Origin: Oceanispirochaeta sp.
GTDB lineage: Bacteria; Spirochaetota; Spirochaetia; DSM-2461
Length of the DNA: 64,000 nt
Assembly (NCBI GenBank): GCA_963663385.2
Contig: CAXXXD010000002.1
Location: forward strand, 1,632,001-1,696,000
Reading direction: 5' to 3'
This document shows, in pieces, positions 45,266 to 55,728 of the stretch. Below the pieces are notes generated by a model. That model was not told where the DNA came from. It worked only from the letters and a program-made list of their open reading frames with translations, and ran no database searches. Numbering within the stretch: the first letter of the stretch is position 1; every line of letters starts with the position of its first letter. The position numbers and the translations under genes were made by a program.

Positions 45266-45754
45266 TTATACAGTGTTTATTTTTTTCACAATCCTTACTT
45301 CTGATTCAACTAATAATTCTGCTTCAAAATTTGTATCTATTGTATTAATACCTTGCCAATATTGATGAGCTTGTAACTCAAGAGCTGGTAATACTGGTCT
45401 GCTATGAGGTATTCTTTCGTATAGTTTCATTGAACATCTGTGTATCATTTTATCTGAGATAATTTCAACTTCGTATAAATGACAACCTTCTCTATTGTCT
45501 TTTTTTAAGAAATCAGTTGATTCTTCTATTGTTTCAAATAAAAATATGGATTTTAATCTACTAGGATGCTCTGGATAATGTTTTAATCGAATTAATTCAA
45601 AGGTTTGTTCTTGAAATAGCCTCCAAATCATAGCCCTTTCATTATCATTGCCATATAAAATGTAATTCTCATTTATTATTTTACCCATGCTTCCTGGTTG
45701 GAGAATATCACCAGCGGATAATTTTCTTTCATTTAGATGATAGTATTTCTTCAA
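45266..45754 (-). CDS. DUF2441-like protein (possible ADP-ribosyltransferase-like fold); cassette gene
   Basis: YYH...EQTFELIRLKHYPEHPSRLKSIFLF...YEVEI...YWQG...ELLVE pattern; the stop codon lies in the R'' box. Confidence 0.65.
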   Translation of the reverse strand: MKKYYHLNERKLSAGDILQPGSMGKIINENYILYGNDNERAMIWRLFQEQTFELIRLKHYPEHPSRLKSIFLFETIEESTDFLKKDNREGCHLYEVEIISDKMIHRCSMKLYERIPHSRPVLPALELQAHQYWQGINTIDTNFEAELLVESEVRIVKKINTV

Positions 45755-45756
45755 CG

Positions 45757-46476
45757 TTAAAATCCTTCTTTAGGAATACAAGCATTGATGAAGAGTTTCC
45801 CAAAATCTGTTAAAACCCACCGACTTCTTCTACGTGTGCCTGTTTGAGTGTTGCTTTCACGTATTGGTTTTTCATCATATACTGGCCAATTGACTAAGCT
45901 TAAAGAGTCTAAATGGTTATAATAAAGATCTAAATTGTCAGGAAATATCAATGACTCTAATGGTGCTTCTTTTTTTTCAAATCTACGATTTATAAATCGA
46001 TTATTTATTCTGTCCATATCAAATACGTCTACGAACTCAAACTCAACCTTATTTAGTTCATATAGAAGAATTGCTTCATCATGTGATAGTTGTGAAATTA
46101 TATGAACAAATGATGGATGAGCTTTATCTAATTCATCTTTATTTACGGATTTAAGTAATAACTCTTCAAACATTTTCCATAAAGGTGAATCCTCATTAAG
46201 ATATTGCATTTTTTCAATTGCTGGCCCTACTATCTCAGGTGATGCAGATATTTGTTTATCTTTGGGAATTTTGCTAATTCTATTTTTTACAAATTTTTCG
46301 AATCGATCTTGAAAGGCTGAGGTAATCTGTAGTGGTGCAAGTAACAATCTTGCAGTCTTTACAACATCTAATCCTATTTTGCTAATTTCTGTAAGTGGTT
46401 TTGATGCTACATCCTTATATGTTTCTAGTAAAACCTCAGGTGGTATGTTTTTCATTATTTCTTCTGGATCAGACAT
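45757..46476 (-). CDS. Abi-alpha/DUF4393 family protein; cassette gene
   Basis: YKDVASKP, PEIVGPAIE, MFEELL, AHPSFVHIISQLSHDEAILL, LTDFGKLFINAC. Confidence 0.8.
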   Translation of the reverse strand: MSDPEEIMKNIPPEVLLETYKDVASKPLTEISKIGLDVVKTARLLLAPLQITSAFQDRFEKFVKNRISKIPKDKQISASPEIVGPAIEKMQYLNEDSPLWKMFEELLLKSVNKDELDKAHPSFVHIISQLSHDEAILLYELNKVEFEFVDVFDMDRINNRFINRRFEKKEAPLESLIFPDNLDLYYNHLDSLSLVNWPVYDEKPIRESNTQTGTRRRSRWVLTDFGKLFINACIPKEGF

Positions 46477-46497
46477 TTTTTACCCCCATTTTCATCT

Positions 46498-46609
46498 GTA
46501 TAACGCCCGCATCAGCTGCAATTTTGTCCCGAAGGGTTGGCGTAGTTTTTGAAATGAGCGAAGCGACTTCAAAAACTATGACAAAAAAATTGTCAGTTGC
46601 ATGCGATTG
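46498..46609 (-). other. attC site of the three-gene SMC cassette (118 bp when rejoined with 48599-48604), split by intron copy E
   Basis: GTATAAC...G|TTATGT; stems CGCAT-CAGCTG-CAATTTT / AAAATTG-T-CAGTTG-C-ATGCG and TAGTTTTTGAA / TTCAAAAACTA. Confidence 0.9.
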
Positions 46610-48598
46610 GTACGCCCGACATGGCTGTACGCTAATGAGGTGAAAGTCCTCTACAGGTGCCCACGTATAGTGAACATGCTATACCAACTGTTAGCTGAAG
46701 GCAAGGGCATTTCCGCGAGGGAATGTCTGGAGGAAGCCGGAATGCAAAACCGGGAGCCCATGTACAAGAATGTGATAGAAGGCTCAGTTCCAGAGGCGAG
46801 TCAGCCAATGATGACGATGCCCCGTGGGTATGGAATAGGGTAAATCACAGGGTTGTCCGGGGACAGTGTACAGTCTTATTCGGGGAGATCTGTCTGCGGG
46901 GCGGTAATGTGTTCTTTTAAACTGAGAATCCGGTAGGGAACCGGAAAACCAATCCCCGGCTTTTCAGAGGGTGACACTCTGGAAATGAGCAAGATTATCT
47001 TGAGTACAAATAAGTCGTCACAGGTTTAAAAGCACGGTATAGCATCAACGGGAGCAATCTCGTTGATTAGCAGGCAGAAGTCAGCAGAAGGCATAGTAAC
47101 CAACGCCCGGAGTAATGTCCGGTTCACGGTGAAGGCCTGAACATTTCACAAGGAGGAGCCTTATGGTTCTCAAAGGAACAATTTTAGCACTGGCCGAAAT
47201 AACTTTTGGCGAATTATGGAGAAACCAGCCTTGAACGATTCTATGATGGATTTGATTTTATCATCTGAAAACATGCGTAAGGCCTGGAAACAGGTCAAAC
47301 GCAATGGCGGCAGTCCGGGAGTCAATGGCATGACTATTGAGAAATTTCCGGAATATCTACGCAGAAGATGGAGTAAAATCAAGCAAGCTTTGCTTTTGGG
47401 GTACTATGTACCCTCTCCGGTGCTCAGGGTGGAAATCCCCAAGAGATCCGGAGGTATGCGAATGCTGGGTATTCCCACTATTTTAGACAGGGTTATCCAA
47501 CAGGCTATTTCACAGGTTTTGAATCCTCTATTCGATTCGGATTTTTCGGAAAGCAGTTTTGGATTCAGGCCGGGAAGATCGGCTCACGGAGCAGTACGAC
47601 AGGTAAATACCTATGTTAAATCGGGATACAAGTATGCAGTTGATCTGGACTTGGAAAAGTTCTTTGATACGGTAAATCACGATATTCTGATGCATTGTGT
47701 GGCTAAGAAAGTCCGGGACAAATCAGTCCTGAAATTGATTGGCCGCTACCTGAGAGCCGGTATTATGGACAAGGAGGGGATTAAAATCCCTACTGAAATC
47801 GGGACTCCTCAAGGAGGCCCGTTATCACCTCTACTTTCCAATATCCTTCTTGATAATTTCGATAAGGAGTTGGAACGGAGAAACCTGTGCTTTGCACGTT
47901 ACGCAGATGATGCATTAATTGTATCAAAACGCCTGTGTGATGGAAAAGCTATATTGACTGAAATAAGTGATTATCTCAGTCGCAGGTTAAAATTGGTTGT
48001 AAACCAGAAGAAAAGCAAGGTGTGTAAAATCTCCGAATGCAGTTTTCTGGGATTCACTTTCAAGGGTAAGAAAATCCGATGGACTGAATCATCCTTTCGG
48101 GAGTTTCAATATCAGTTAAAGCATTTGACAAGACGGTCTTGGGGGGTATCAATGGAATATCGATTCCGGAAACTTAACGAGTATATCCGGGGGTGGATGA
48201 ACTATTATGGTATTTCCCAATATTACAGACCTCTACAATCAATTGATGAATGGCTGAGAAGAAGAATCCGTATGTGCTACTGGAAACAGTGGCGTTACCC
48301 CAGAACAAAAGTCAGGAAACTGATGGAGCTGGGTATTCCGAAAGATTTTGCCATTATGACAGGAGCAAGTAGTAAGTCCTACTGGCATCTGTCAAAAGGC
48401 TATGCAACCAATGCCGCTATGTCCAATAAATGGTTGGAAGAGCAAGGATTGATCAATATTAAGGCCCTCTGGTGTAAAATCCAGGGCTACACATGATCAA
48501 ATTATAGTTTCGTTTGCTCCATGGAGTGAACCGCCCTGTGCGGACCCGCATGCAGGGTGGTGTGGGGGCTGGAGGTTAAAAGCCTCCGGCTACCCGAT
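46610..48598 (+). mobile_element. Group II intron copy E (intact)
   Basis: Same ends and length as copy B. Confidence 0.97.
47216..48496 (+). CDS. ltrA: Group II intron RT/maturase
   Basis: Identical 426-aa protein. Confidence 0.96.
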   Translation: MEKPALNDSMMDLILSSENMRKAWKQVKRNGGSPGVNGMTIEKFPEYLRRRWSKIKQALLLGYYVPSPVLRVEIPKRSGGMRMLGIPTILDRVIQQAISQVLNPLFDSDFSESSFGFRPGRSAHGAVRQVNTYVKSGYKYAVDLDLEKFFDTVNHDILMHCVAKKVRDKSVLKLIGRYLRAGIMDKEGIKIPTEIGTPQGGPLSPLLSNILLDNFDKELERRNLCFARYADDALIVSKRLCDGKAILTEISDYLSRRLKLVVNQKKSKVCKISECSFLGFTFKGKKIRWTESSFREFQYQLKHLTRRSWGVSMEYRFRKLNEYIRGWMNYYGISQYYRPLQSIDEWLRRRIRMCYWKQWRYPRTKVRKLMELGIPKDFAIMTGASSKSYWHLSKGYATNAAMSNKWLEEQGLINIKALWCKIQGYT

Positions 48599-48624
48599 TT
48601 ATGTGTCCTCGTTTTGATACATAT

Positions 48625-50295
48625 TCATAATAGATTGATCATCACATGATGTAAATTTACTTCCATTCCATTTCTATTATGAACTGTTGTTATGTTCCGA
48701 ACATCCGCATATATTTTCTCATCTATAATTTGATCTGTCCGCTCATAAACGAAATTATATTCTTCTATGTAAGTACAATATTTCTCCCATAATTTATCAA
48801 AATATACAGCATTTGAATAAATCAATATAATATTTTGCTTTAATCCAGTTGAGTCGTAATTAAATATTTTATCAATATGTAAATTGATATATGTTTTATC
48901 AAGAGAATCAAGATTTAAAGCCTCTATTATTGTGAATGGACGCTTCTTCTTATCATAAACAAGTATATCAATCTCGCCTGCATTCTTTCCAGTTGCTGAT
49001 TTACTCCATCTTGTCTGATCTTTTACATGATATTTAGATGTTTCAAGCAGAGTGGCAATAAATGTATTTCTATCATCTTCAGAAAAATTACCTCTATAAT
49101 TTCTATTCCCTTGCATTTTAATGCAGGCAGAAATTAAACTATCAAAAATATTTTGAAATGAATATTCTTGCAATTCTTCAAAACACTTTAATATACTTAC
49201 AGGATCATCTGGATCTATTTTTGATATGACAATATCTCTTCTACTTTGTGGAATATAATGAAACAATTCTGACATTTTGCTTTTTATACTCTCATTCTCA
49301 ACTTTTTTTTTTAGATTTTTATCTCTAATTATATTGGTCATATTCTGTAAAAATTGTAATTTTTCTTCTTCTGAAATACATTCCTTTTTTAATAACTCTA
49401 TTTTCGATAGCTGGGATTGAAAATTACAAGAGAAGAAAGGAACAATAAACTTAGTATTGATAATATTCTTAAATTGTTTAGAGATTGTACTCTTATTCAA
49501 TCGTTCGTTTAATAATTCGTTTTCAATTTCAGAATAATAGAGAAATAGCTCATCCATATCTGATCTAAAATTCAACCAATCATCTGGTTTTTTTGAATAT
49601 ATTTTTGCCACAGAAAAAAGAATCCTGTAAAATCCAAAATAGAAAGAACTGATTAGATTATTGATTGAAAGAGATACAATTTTAAAGATTAATTCAGGGA
49701 TTTTGCTCAAGTATTGATCTACTAAAGGTGTTTGATGTTTTACTAAATTTAATAATACAGCTGTTACAAGACTGAAAAACTCTGAATCTACTCTATTTTC
49801 AATAGTGTTTTTTGATTGAAGAAAAAAGTCATTTGATCTTTCAATATTCTGTATGAAATTAATTGTATCTAAAGAGAAAAAACTCTTTTGCATAAAGATA
49901 AGACCAAGATTATACAGAGCCTCTGAAGATATCTCTAAATCACTATTAATCGATGAAGTTTCATAAACTGACTCAATCTCTGAAGATTCTTTTTCGTAGA
50001 ATAAATGTAAGATTTTTAGTCTCTGAACCTCGAGAAAGGCGTCATTTTCAGATTGCCAATCATCTAATAGTAATGATAGTATTTGTCTTTCTTTAATATT
50101 ACCAAGCAAGAAATGATCAAAAAGAAGAGTTAGTGCTTCTTTTTTGACATATGAGTTTTCAGATCTATGTAAGATAATACCTTTGATAAATATAAAGAAA
50201 TCGCTTTGAGTTTTATTGCAAAATATATTATCATCTCTTAAATAGTTGAGTTTTTCATTCATTCCTTTTTTGTTAAATCTCTCTAGATTAGACAT
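48625..50295 (-). CDS. Alpha-helical protein with a C-terminal PD-(D/E)xK-like nuclease domain; cassette gene
   Basis: 556 aa; C-terminal SEDDRN...AGEIDILV...IIEALNL resembles an REase fold (E...D...ExA variant). Confidence 0.6.
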   Translation of the reverse strand: MSNLERFNKKGMNEKLNYLRDDNIFCNKTQSDFFIFIKGIILHRSENSYVKKEALTLLFDHFLLGNIKERQILSLLLDDWQSENDAFLEVQRLKILHLFYEKESSEIESVYETSSINSDLEISSEALYNLGLIFMQKSFFSLDTINFIQNIERSNDFFLQSKNTIENRVDSEFFSLVTAVLLNLVKHQTPLVDQYLSKIPELIFKIVSLSINNLISSFYFGFYRILFSVAKIYSKKPDDWLNFRSDMDELFLYYSEIENELLNERLNKSTISKQFKNIINTKFIVPFFSCNFQSQLSKIELLKKECISEEEKLQFLQNMTNIIRDKNLKKKVENESIKSKMSELFHYIPQSRRDIVISKIDPDDPVSILKCFEELQEYSFQNIFDSLISACIKMQGNRNYRGNFSEDDRNTFIATLLETSKYHVKDQTRWSKSATGKNAGEIDILVYDKKKRPFTIIEALNLDSLDKTYINLHIDKIFNYDSTGLKQNIILIYSNAVYFDKLWEKYCTYIEEYNFVYERTDQIIDEKIYADVRNITTVHNRNGMEVNLHHVMINLL

Positions 50296-52381
50296 TAGAA
50301 TATAAACTCATTTTCTGGTGTATTTAGTTCGTTATCAACAATATTTGAGAGCTTCCTCTCTGCTGTTCCTATTAATATTTGTAAATTATCACCAAAACGA
50401 CTATGAATACTTTTTAATACGCGAGATAATCCACTAGATATTTATCATCAGCTTCTTCTTTCCCGGGACTATCGATTATCAAAAAACGCGTATGTCTACC
50501 AAAATTTCTTTCAATATCTAATTGAATTAAACTCAAATAAAATGCAAGTTTAGCTCGTAGCTGTTCTCCTTCAGCTATATCATTAAATGAGATGAAATCA
50601 CCATCTTGATTATAAAGTATATCAAATTTATCATTTATTGAAATTTCAGAGATTGAAGTTAATCCCAATTCGTTGATCTCATTAAGCATTATAGATTTCA
50701 ATTTATCAAGAATATCTTTACCTTCTTTAAAACGTATGATGTTCAATCTATTAATAGCATCTTCTATAACAGTAATTTGACTATCAAAATCAATTTCTTT
50801 GTTCTCTACAACTTTTTGATTTCCCTCAATTTGAAATTGAATTACTGCCTTTTTTGCTAATAACTTATCTCGTAGATCTCTTGTAGGTGATATGGATTCT
50901 ATTTCTTCTTTCGTTTTAGTTAATTCTTCATTTAATTTATCAAGAACTGTTGAATTTTGTCTCATTACATTTATATTATCTAGTTCGGAATATAAGTCTT
51001 TCTCTTTATTCTTATATTCACCATATTCTATTTCTAAACTTTGAAGTTCTTTAGTAATATTACTATTTAGATTCTTCAAGTCTTCGATTTTGTTCTGAAT
51101 ATTATCAATTTGAAAGTCAGATTCGGAATTTAACTCTTCACTGCATAATGAACACTTACGGTCGTGAACATTTCCTTTAGCTTTATCTTTGCTAATTTTG
51201 TGATTACAGCTAGGACATTGAGTAATATTGAGGTTTGAAAAAAAGACTCCTATATCACTGTATTCAGTTAAGTCATTTATTCTTTTAATATTTTTATTGA
51301 TTTCTCCATTTAGTCTCGATATTTTCTGCTCTAAACTTTTTAACTCATTATTGGTTTTTTTTAATATTAAGTATTTATCATTATATAGTTTCTCATTTTC
51401 TGCTGTCTTATTGTTCTCATTTTTTATTTGAACAATTAGAGATTCACTTTTATCCAATAAGGGTTTTAATGTTATATCAGATTCTGATTCTATTCTTGAT
51501 AACTCTTGTTCAACAGTCGCTAATTGATTTTTCAGTTCAACAAAATCTTTATGTTGTGTATCATTTTTTTCTAAATATTGCTGTTTAGATTTTTCATTGA
51601 GAATGAAATCCTTACGAATACAAAGTTGATTGATGGGGTAAGTAAAATGTAAACCGAGAAGCATTTGAAATACTTTTCTATCTTGACCTCCAAAAATGAG
51701 GCTTGAAGAATCTTTGGACTCAAGAAAAATAGATTTAAAATAAGTTCTCCAACTTGTTCCTACTTCCAGTAACTCATTACTGTCTTTTGCAGAGTTTTTT
51801 TGTGTCCATTTTAATGAATAATATGAAAATTGTTGAAAGAAAAAATCCTCAATCTTCTTTTGATATTCGATTTCACTCTTTGCATTGAAAATTTCTTTAT
51901 CTTTATTCTGTTCTAGTTCATTAATATTTTTATAGTGACCAAATAATAATGATGCACTAAGTCTTCCTTCAAGATTGAGGTATGCTGTATATTTTCTTTC
52001 CCCTATAGAAAAACAAAGAAGTAAATCATCAATCCACTTTTTTATATTTTGCTTAATTGAATTACTACCAGTTAAAATATATTTAATCATTTTAAAAATG
52101 CTAGATTTTCCTTTTAGGTTATCAGCAATAATGATATTTATTCCATTTCCAAACTCTTGATTATAGTCAATAATATTACCTGTATAAATATGTCTATCAG
52201 AAGTTCTCTTTTGGCCTTTAAAATGGATATAATCAATTTTAATATTTTTTCCTGTTGATATAGGAGTATCCTTTAAATAAGATTCTTCAAGACTAAGAAG
52301 CTCTTCTATTTCATTTAGAGTATATTTATCCTTATAATCATCATATAACTCATTTAAAAATTTCTTGAAATCAAAAATCAT
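50295..52381 (-). pseudogene. SMC/Rad50-like ABC ATPase with a frameshift near 50417-50441 (ORF track: 50414-52381)
   Basis: Walker A ADNLKGKSS, coiled coils, CPSC...CSLC hinge, signature IAEGEQ, Walker B FLIIDSPG; the missing C-terminus (…LQILIGTAE…EFIF*) continues in another frame to a TAATG overlap with the next gene. Confidence 0.82.
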
Positions 52382-53031
52382 AAAGGCTCTCCATAAATAT
52401 TCCTAAATTTATTTAATACTTGATCTTCTATACTACCGATATAGTCTTTATACGAAGTATTTTTGTATTCTGAAATCTTGTATTGTGAAATTTTTAATTC
52501 AGTTCCAGATAAATTTCCAAAGTATTTTTTTATTAATGCACATCTATTAGCGTACCATTGAAAACTTTTATGATCTTCAAAATCATCTTTCATTTTATTA
52601 ACTGCTATTTCAGTTATATAGTATTCCTTTTCAATTGTACGCATAGATGTGCTTTTTTTACTATGAAATTCAATAAACTCAATACCAACAAGAAAAGCTA
52701 TAATATCATCAATATCCTCATAAGCTCCAAAGAAAAATCGTTCCATTTCAAGCCTTCTAATTTGAGGTTCATTGTTCTTAAAAATTGATTGTACTTCTTC
52801 TTTTATTGTCTTTTTGTCTTCAATATTTTTTTCAGCAATTTCAAGTAATTCATAAGCCAAATAATCAGGATTTCGTAATAAAAAATCGATTTTCTGAATT
52901 TTCACTTCGCTCTTAAAAAGTTTCTTTCTTGAAGGAAATTGTGAATCAGAAAAGTTCTCTGAAAAAAAATATAAAATGAGAAAGATCCTCAACTTATCTT
53001 TATAATCTCTTATTATTTCATTTTCAGTCAA
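52378..53031 (-). CDS. Hypothetical 217-aa protein, possible winged-helix 'middle component' of an ABC three-component system
   Basis: TTG start behind AGGAG; ATGA overlap with the ATPase; KIQKIDFLLRNPDYL, FFGAYEDIDDIIAFL. Confidence 0.6.
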   Translation of the reverse strand: MTENEIIRDYKDKLRIFLILYFFSENFSDSQFPSRKKLFKSEVKIQKIDFLLRNPDYLAYELLEIAEKNIEDKKTIKEEVQSIFKNNEPQIRRLEMERFFFGAYEDIDDIIAFLVGIEFIEFHSKKSTSMRTIEKEYYITEIAVNKMKDDFEDHKSFQWYANRCALIKKYFGNLSGTELKISQYKISEYKNTSYKDYIGSIEDQVLNKFRNIYGEPL

Positions 53032-53066
53032 ATTTATTCTCCTGTAATTATTGATACCTTTTGTAC

Positions 53067-53235
53067 ACATAACGCCAAAATATGCTGCGGAGCGGCCTGG
53101 CCGAAGGACAGGTACAGGCGCTTTTCTTGCAGACTTATTTTAAACAGTAATTTGTTTTTAAGAAAGAACTATTTATCAGCATACTGTATCTCTGCAAGAA
53201 ATGTGATCTGTAGCGACGACAGTATAATTTTCTTG
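53067..53235 (-). other. attC site of the first cassette (175 bp when rejoined with 55225-55230), split by intron copy F
   Basis: ACATAAC...G|TTATGT perfect R boxes; AAAATATGCTG / CAGTATAATTTT and TTCTTGCAGA / TCTGCAAGAA stems. Confidence 0.82.
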
Positions 53236-55224
53236 GTACGCCCGACATGGCTGTACGCTAATGAGGTGAAAGTCCTCTACAGGTGCCCACGTATAGTGAA
53301 CATGCTATACCAACTGTTAGCTGAAGGCAAGGGCATTTCCGCGAGGGAATGTCTGGAGGAAGCCGGAATGCAAAACCGGGAGCCCATGTACAAGAATGTG
53401 ATAGAAGGCTCAGTTCCAGAGGCGAGTCAGCCAATGATGACGATGCCCCGTGGGTATGGAATAGGGTAAATCACAGGGTTGTCCGGGGACAGTGTACAGT
53501 CTTATTCGGGGAGATCTGTCTGCGGGGCGGTAATGTGTTCTTTTAAACTGAGAATCCGGTAGGGAACCGGAAAACCAATCCCCGGCTTTTCAGAGGGTGA
53601 CACTCTGGAAATGAGCAAGATTATCTTGAGTACAAATAAGTCGTCACAGGTTTAAAAGCACGGTATAGCATCAACGGGAGCAATCTCGTTGATTAGCAGG
53701 CAGAAGTCAGCAGAAGGCATAGTAACCAACGCCCGGAGTAATGTCCGGTTCACGGTGAAGGCCTGAACATTTCACAAGGAGGAGCCTTATGGTTCTCAAA
53801 GGAACAATTTTAGCACTGGCCGAAATAACTTTTGGCGAATTATGGAGAAACCAGCCTTGAACGATTCTATGATGGATTTGATTTTATCATCTGAAAACAT
53901 GCGTAAGGCCTGGAAACAGGTCAAACGCAATGGCGGCAGTCCGGGAGTCAATGGCATGACTATTGAGAAATTTCCGGAATATCTACGCAGAAGATGGAGT
54001 AAAATCAAGCAAGCTTTGCTTTTGGGGTACTATGTACCCTCTCCGGTGCTCAGGGTGGAAATCCCCAAGAGATCCGGAGGTATGCGAATGCTGGGTATTC
54101 CCACTATTTTAGACAGGGTTATCCAACAGGCTATTTCACAGGTTTTGAATCCTCTATTCGATTCGGATTTTTCGGAAAGCAGTTTTGGATTCAGGCCGGG
54201 AAGATCGGCTCACGGAGCAGTACGACAGGTAAATACCTATGTTAAATCGGGATACAAGTATGCAGTTGATCTGGACTTGGAAAAGTTCTTTGATACGGTA
54301 AATCACGATATTCTGATGCATTGTGTGGCTAAGAAAGTCCGGGACAAATCAGTCCTGAAATTGATTGGCCGCTACCTGAGAGCCGGTATTATGGACAAGG
54401 AGGGGATTAAAATCCCTACTGAAATCGGGACTCCTCAAGGAGGCCCGTTATCACCTCTACTTTCCAATATCCTTCTTGATAATTTCGATAAGGAGTTGGA
54501 ACGGAGAAACCTGTGCTTTGCACGTTACGCAGATGATGCATTAATTGTATCAAAACGCCTGTGTGATGGAAAAGCTATATTGACTGAAATAAGTGATTAT
54601 CTCAGTCGCAGGTTAAAATTGGTTGTAAACCAGAAGAAAAGCAAGGTGTGTAAAATCTCCGAATGCAGTTTTCTGGGATTCACTTTCAAGGGTAAGAAAA
54701 TCCGATGGACTGAATCATCCTTTCGGGAGTTTCAATATCAGTTAAAGCATTTGACAAGACGGTCTTGGGGGGTATCAATGGAATATCGATTCCGGAAACT
54801 TAACGAGTATATCCGGGGGTGGATGAACTATTATGGTATTTCCCAATATTACAGACCTCTACAATCAATTGATGAATGGCTGAGAAGAAGAATCCGTATG
54901 TGCTACTGGAAACAGTGGCGTTACCCCAGAACAAAAGTCAGGAAACTGATGGAGCTGGGTATTCCGAAAGATTTTGCCATTATGACAGGAGCAAGTAGTA
55001 AGTCCTACTGGCATCTGTCAAAAGGCTATGCAACCAATGCCGCTATGTCCAATAAATGGTTGGAAGAGCAAGGATTGATCAATATTAAGGCCCTCTGGTG
55101 TAAAATCCAGGGCTACACATGATCAAATTATAGTTTCGTTTGCTCCATGGAGTGAACCGCCCTGTGCGGACCCGCATGCAGGGTGGTGTGGGGGCTGGAG
55201 GTTAAAAGCCTCCGGCTACCCGAT
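53236..55224 (+). mobile_element. Group II intron copy F (intact)
   Basis: Same ends and length as copy B. Confidence 0.97.
53842..55122 (+). CDS. ltrA: Group II intron RT/maturase
   Basis: Identical 426-aa protein. Confidence 0.96.
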   Translation: MEKPALNDSMMDLILSSENMRKAWKQVKRNGGSPGVNGMTIEKFPEYLRRRWSKIKQALLLGYYVPSPVLRVEIPKRSGGMRMLGIPTILDRVIQQAISQVLNPLFDSDFSESSFGFRPGRSAHGAVRQVNTYVKSGYKYAVDLDLEKFFDTVNHDILMHCVAKKVRDKSVLKLIGRYLRAGIMDKEGIKIPTEIGTPQGGPLSPLLSNILLDNFDKELERRNLCFARYADDALIVSKRLCDGKAILTEISDYLSRRLKLVVNQKKSKVCKISECSFLGFTFKGKKIRWTESSFREFQYQLKHLTRRSWGVSMEYRFRKLNEYIRGWMNYYGISQYYRPLQSIDEWLRRRIRMCYWKQWRYPRTKVRKLMELGIPKDFAIMTGASSKSYWHLSKGYATNAAMSNKWLEEQGLINIKALWCKIQGYT

Positions 55225-55448
55225 TTATGTCTACAGCATTTTGTAAATCACCGATGCCATATCAGGCAAGAATATCTTAATAAACGTAGGTGAAGGCGAA
55301 TGCCCTTATTTCCACTTCTGCCAGCCGCAACCGGCGTCAAAGATTGATAATCAGTGTAGTGTGAGCATCAATCAACCCGTATCAAAACCCTAAAACCTAC
55401 TAAATCATCTGGCAATTATGAAAGAACCAGAAGTACAAAATGTGTTCG

Positions 55449-55455
55449 ATATAAC
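55449..55455 (-). other. Candidate attI core site (GTTATAT on the minus strand)
   Basis: GTT core between the first attC and intI, ~270 bp upstream of intI; no attC-like hairpin seen behind it; context resembles the cassette start at 43179. Confidence 0.5.
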
Positions 55456-55728
55456 TTATTATCTCTTGAACAAGGTATTCCTCAATTTCCTGAAAAACCT
55501 TGCATTCATATCTATATAGCATATAAATGGTCAGCAAATTACTGATTTATAGCAAGAGATAAGTAAAAAACGCTTCATTTTACACCGGATTTCAACATCA
55601 TTAAAGAGAATATTCTACTAACTTTAGTTAGCATTTCAGCATTGAGGAGCAAAATACCCTGCTTTTGAAGCAGTATTACCCTTATACCCGTAAAAATACC
55701 TTGAAAGACATAATAGGAGAAGATTCAT

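Noticed and set aside
20013..55224. CRISPR array suggested by repeated GC-rich ~80-bp motifs
   Set aside because: The repeats are intron DV-DVI ends separated by kb-scale genes; no cas genes and no short regular spacers
55456..55728. Pc/Pint promoters and a LexA box
   Set aside because: AT-rich with several weak candidates; none could be singled out and no CTGT-N8-ACAG was seen
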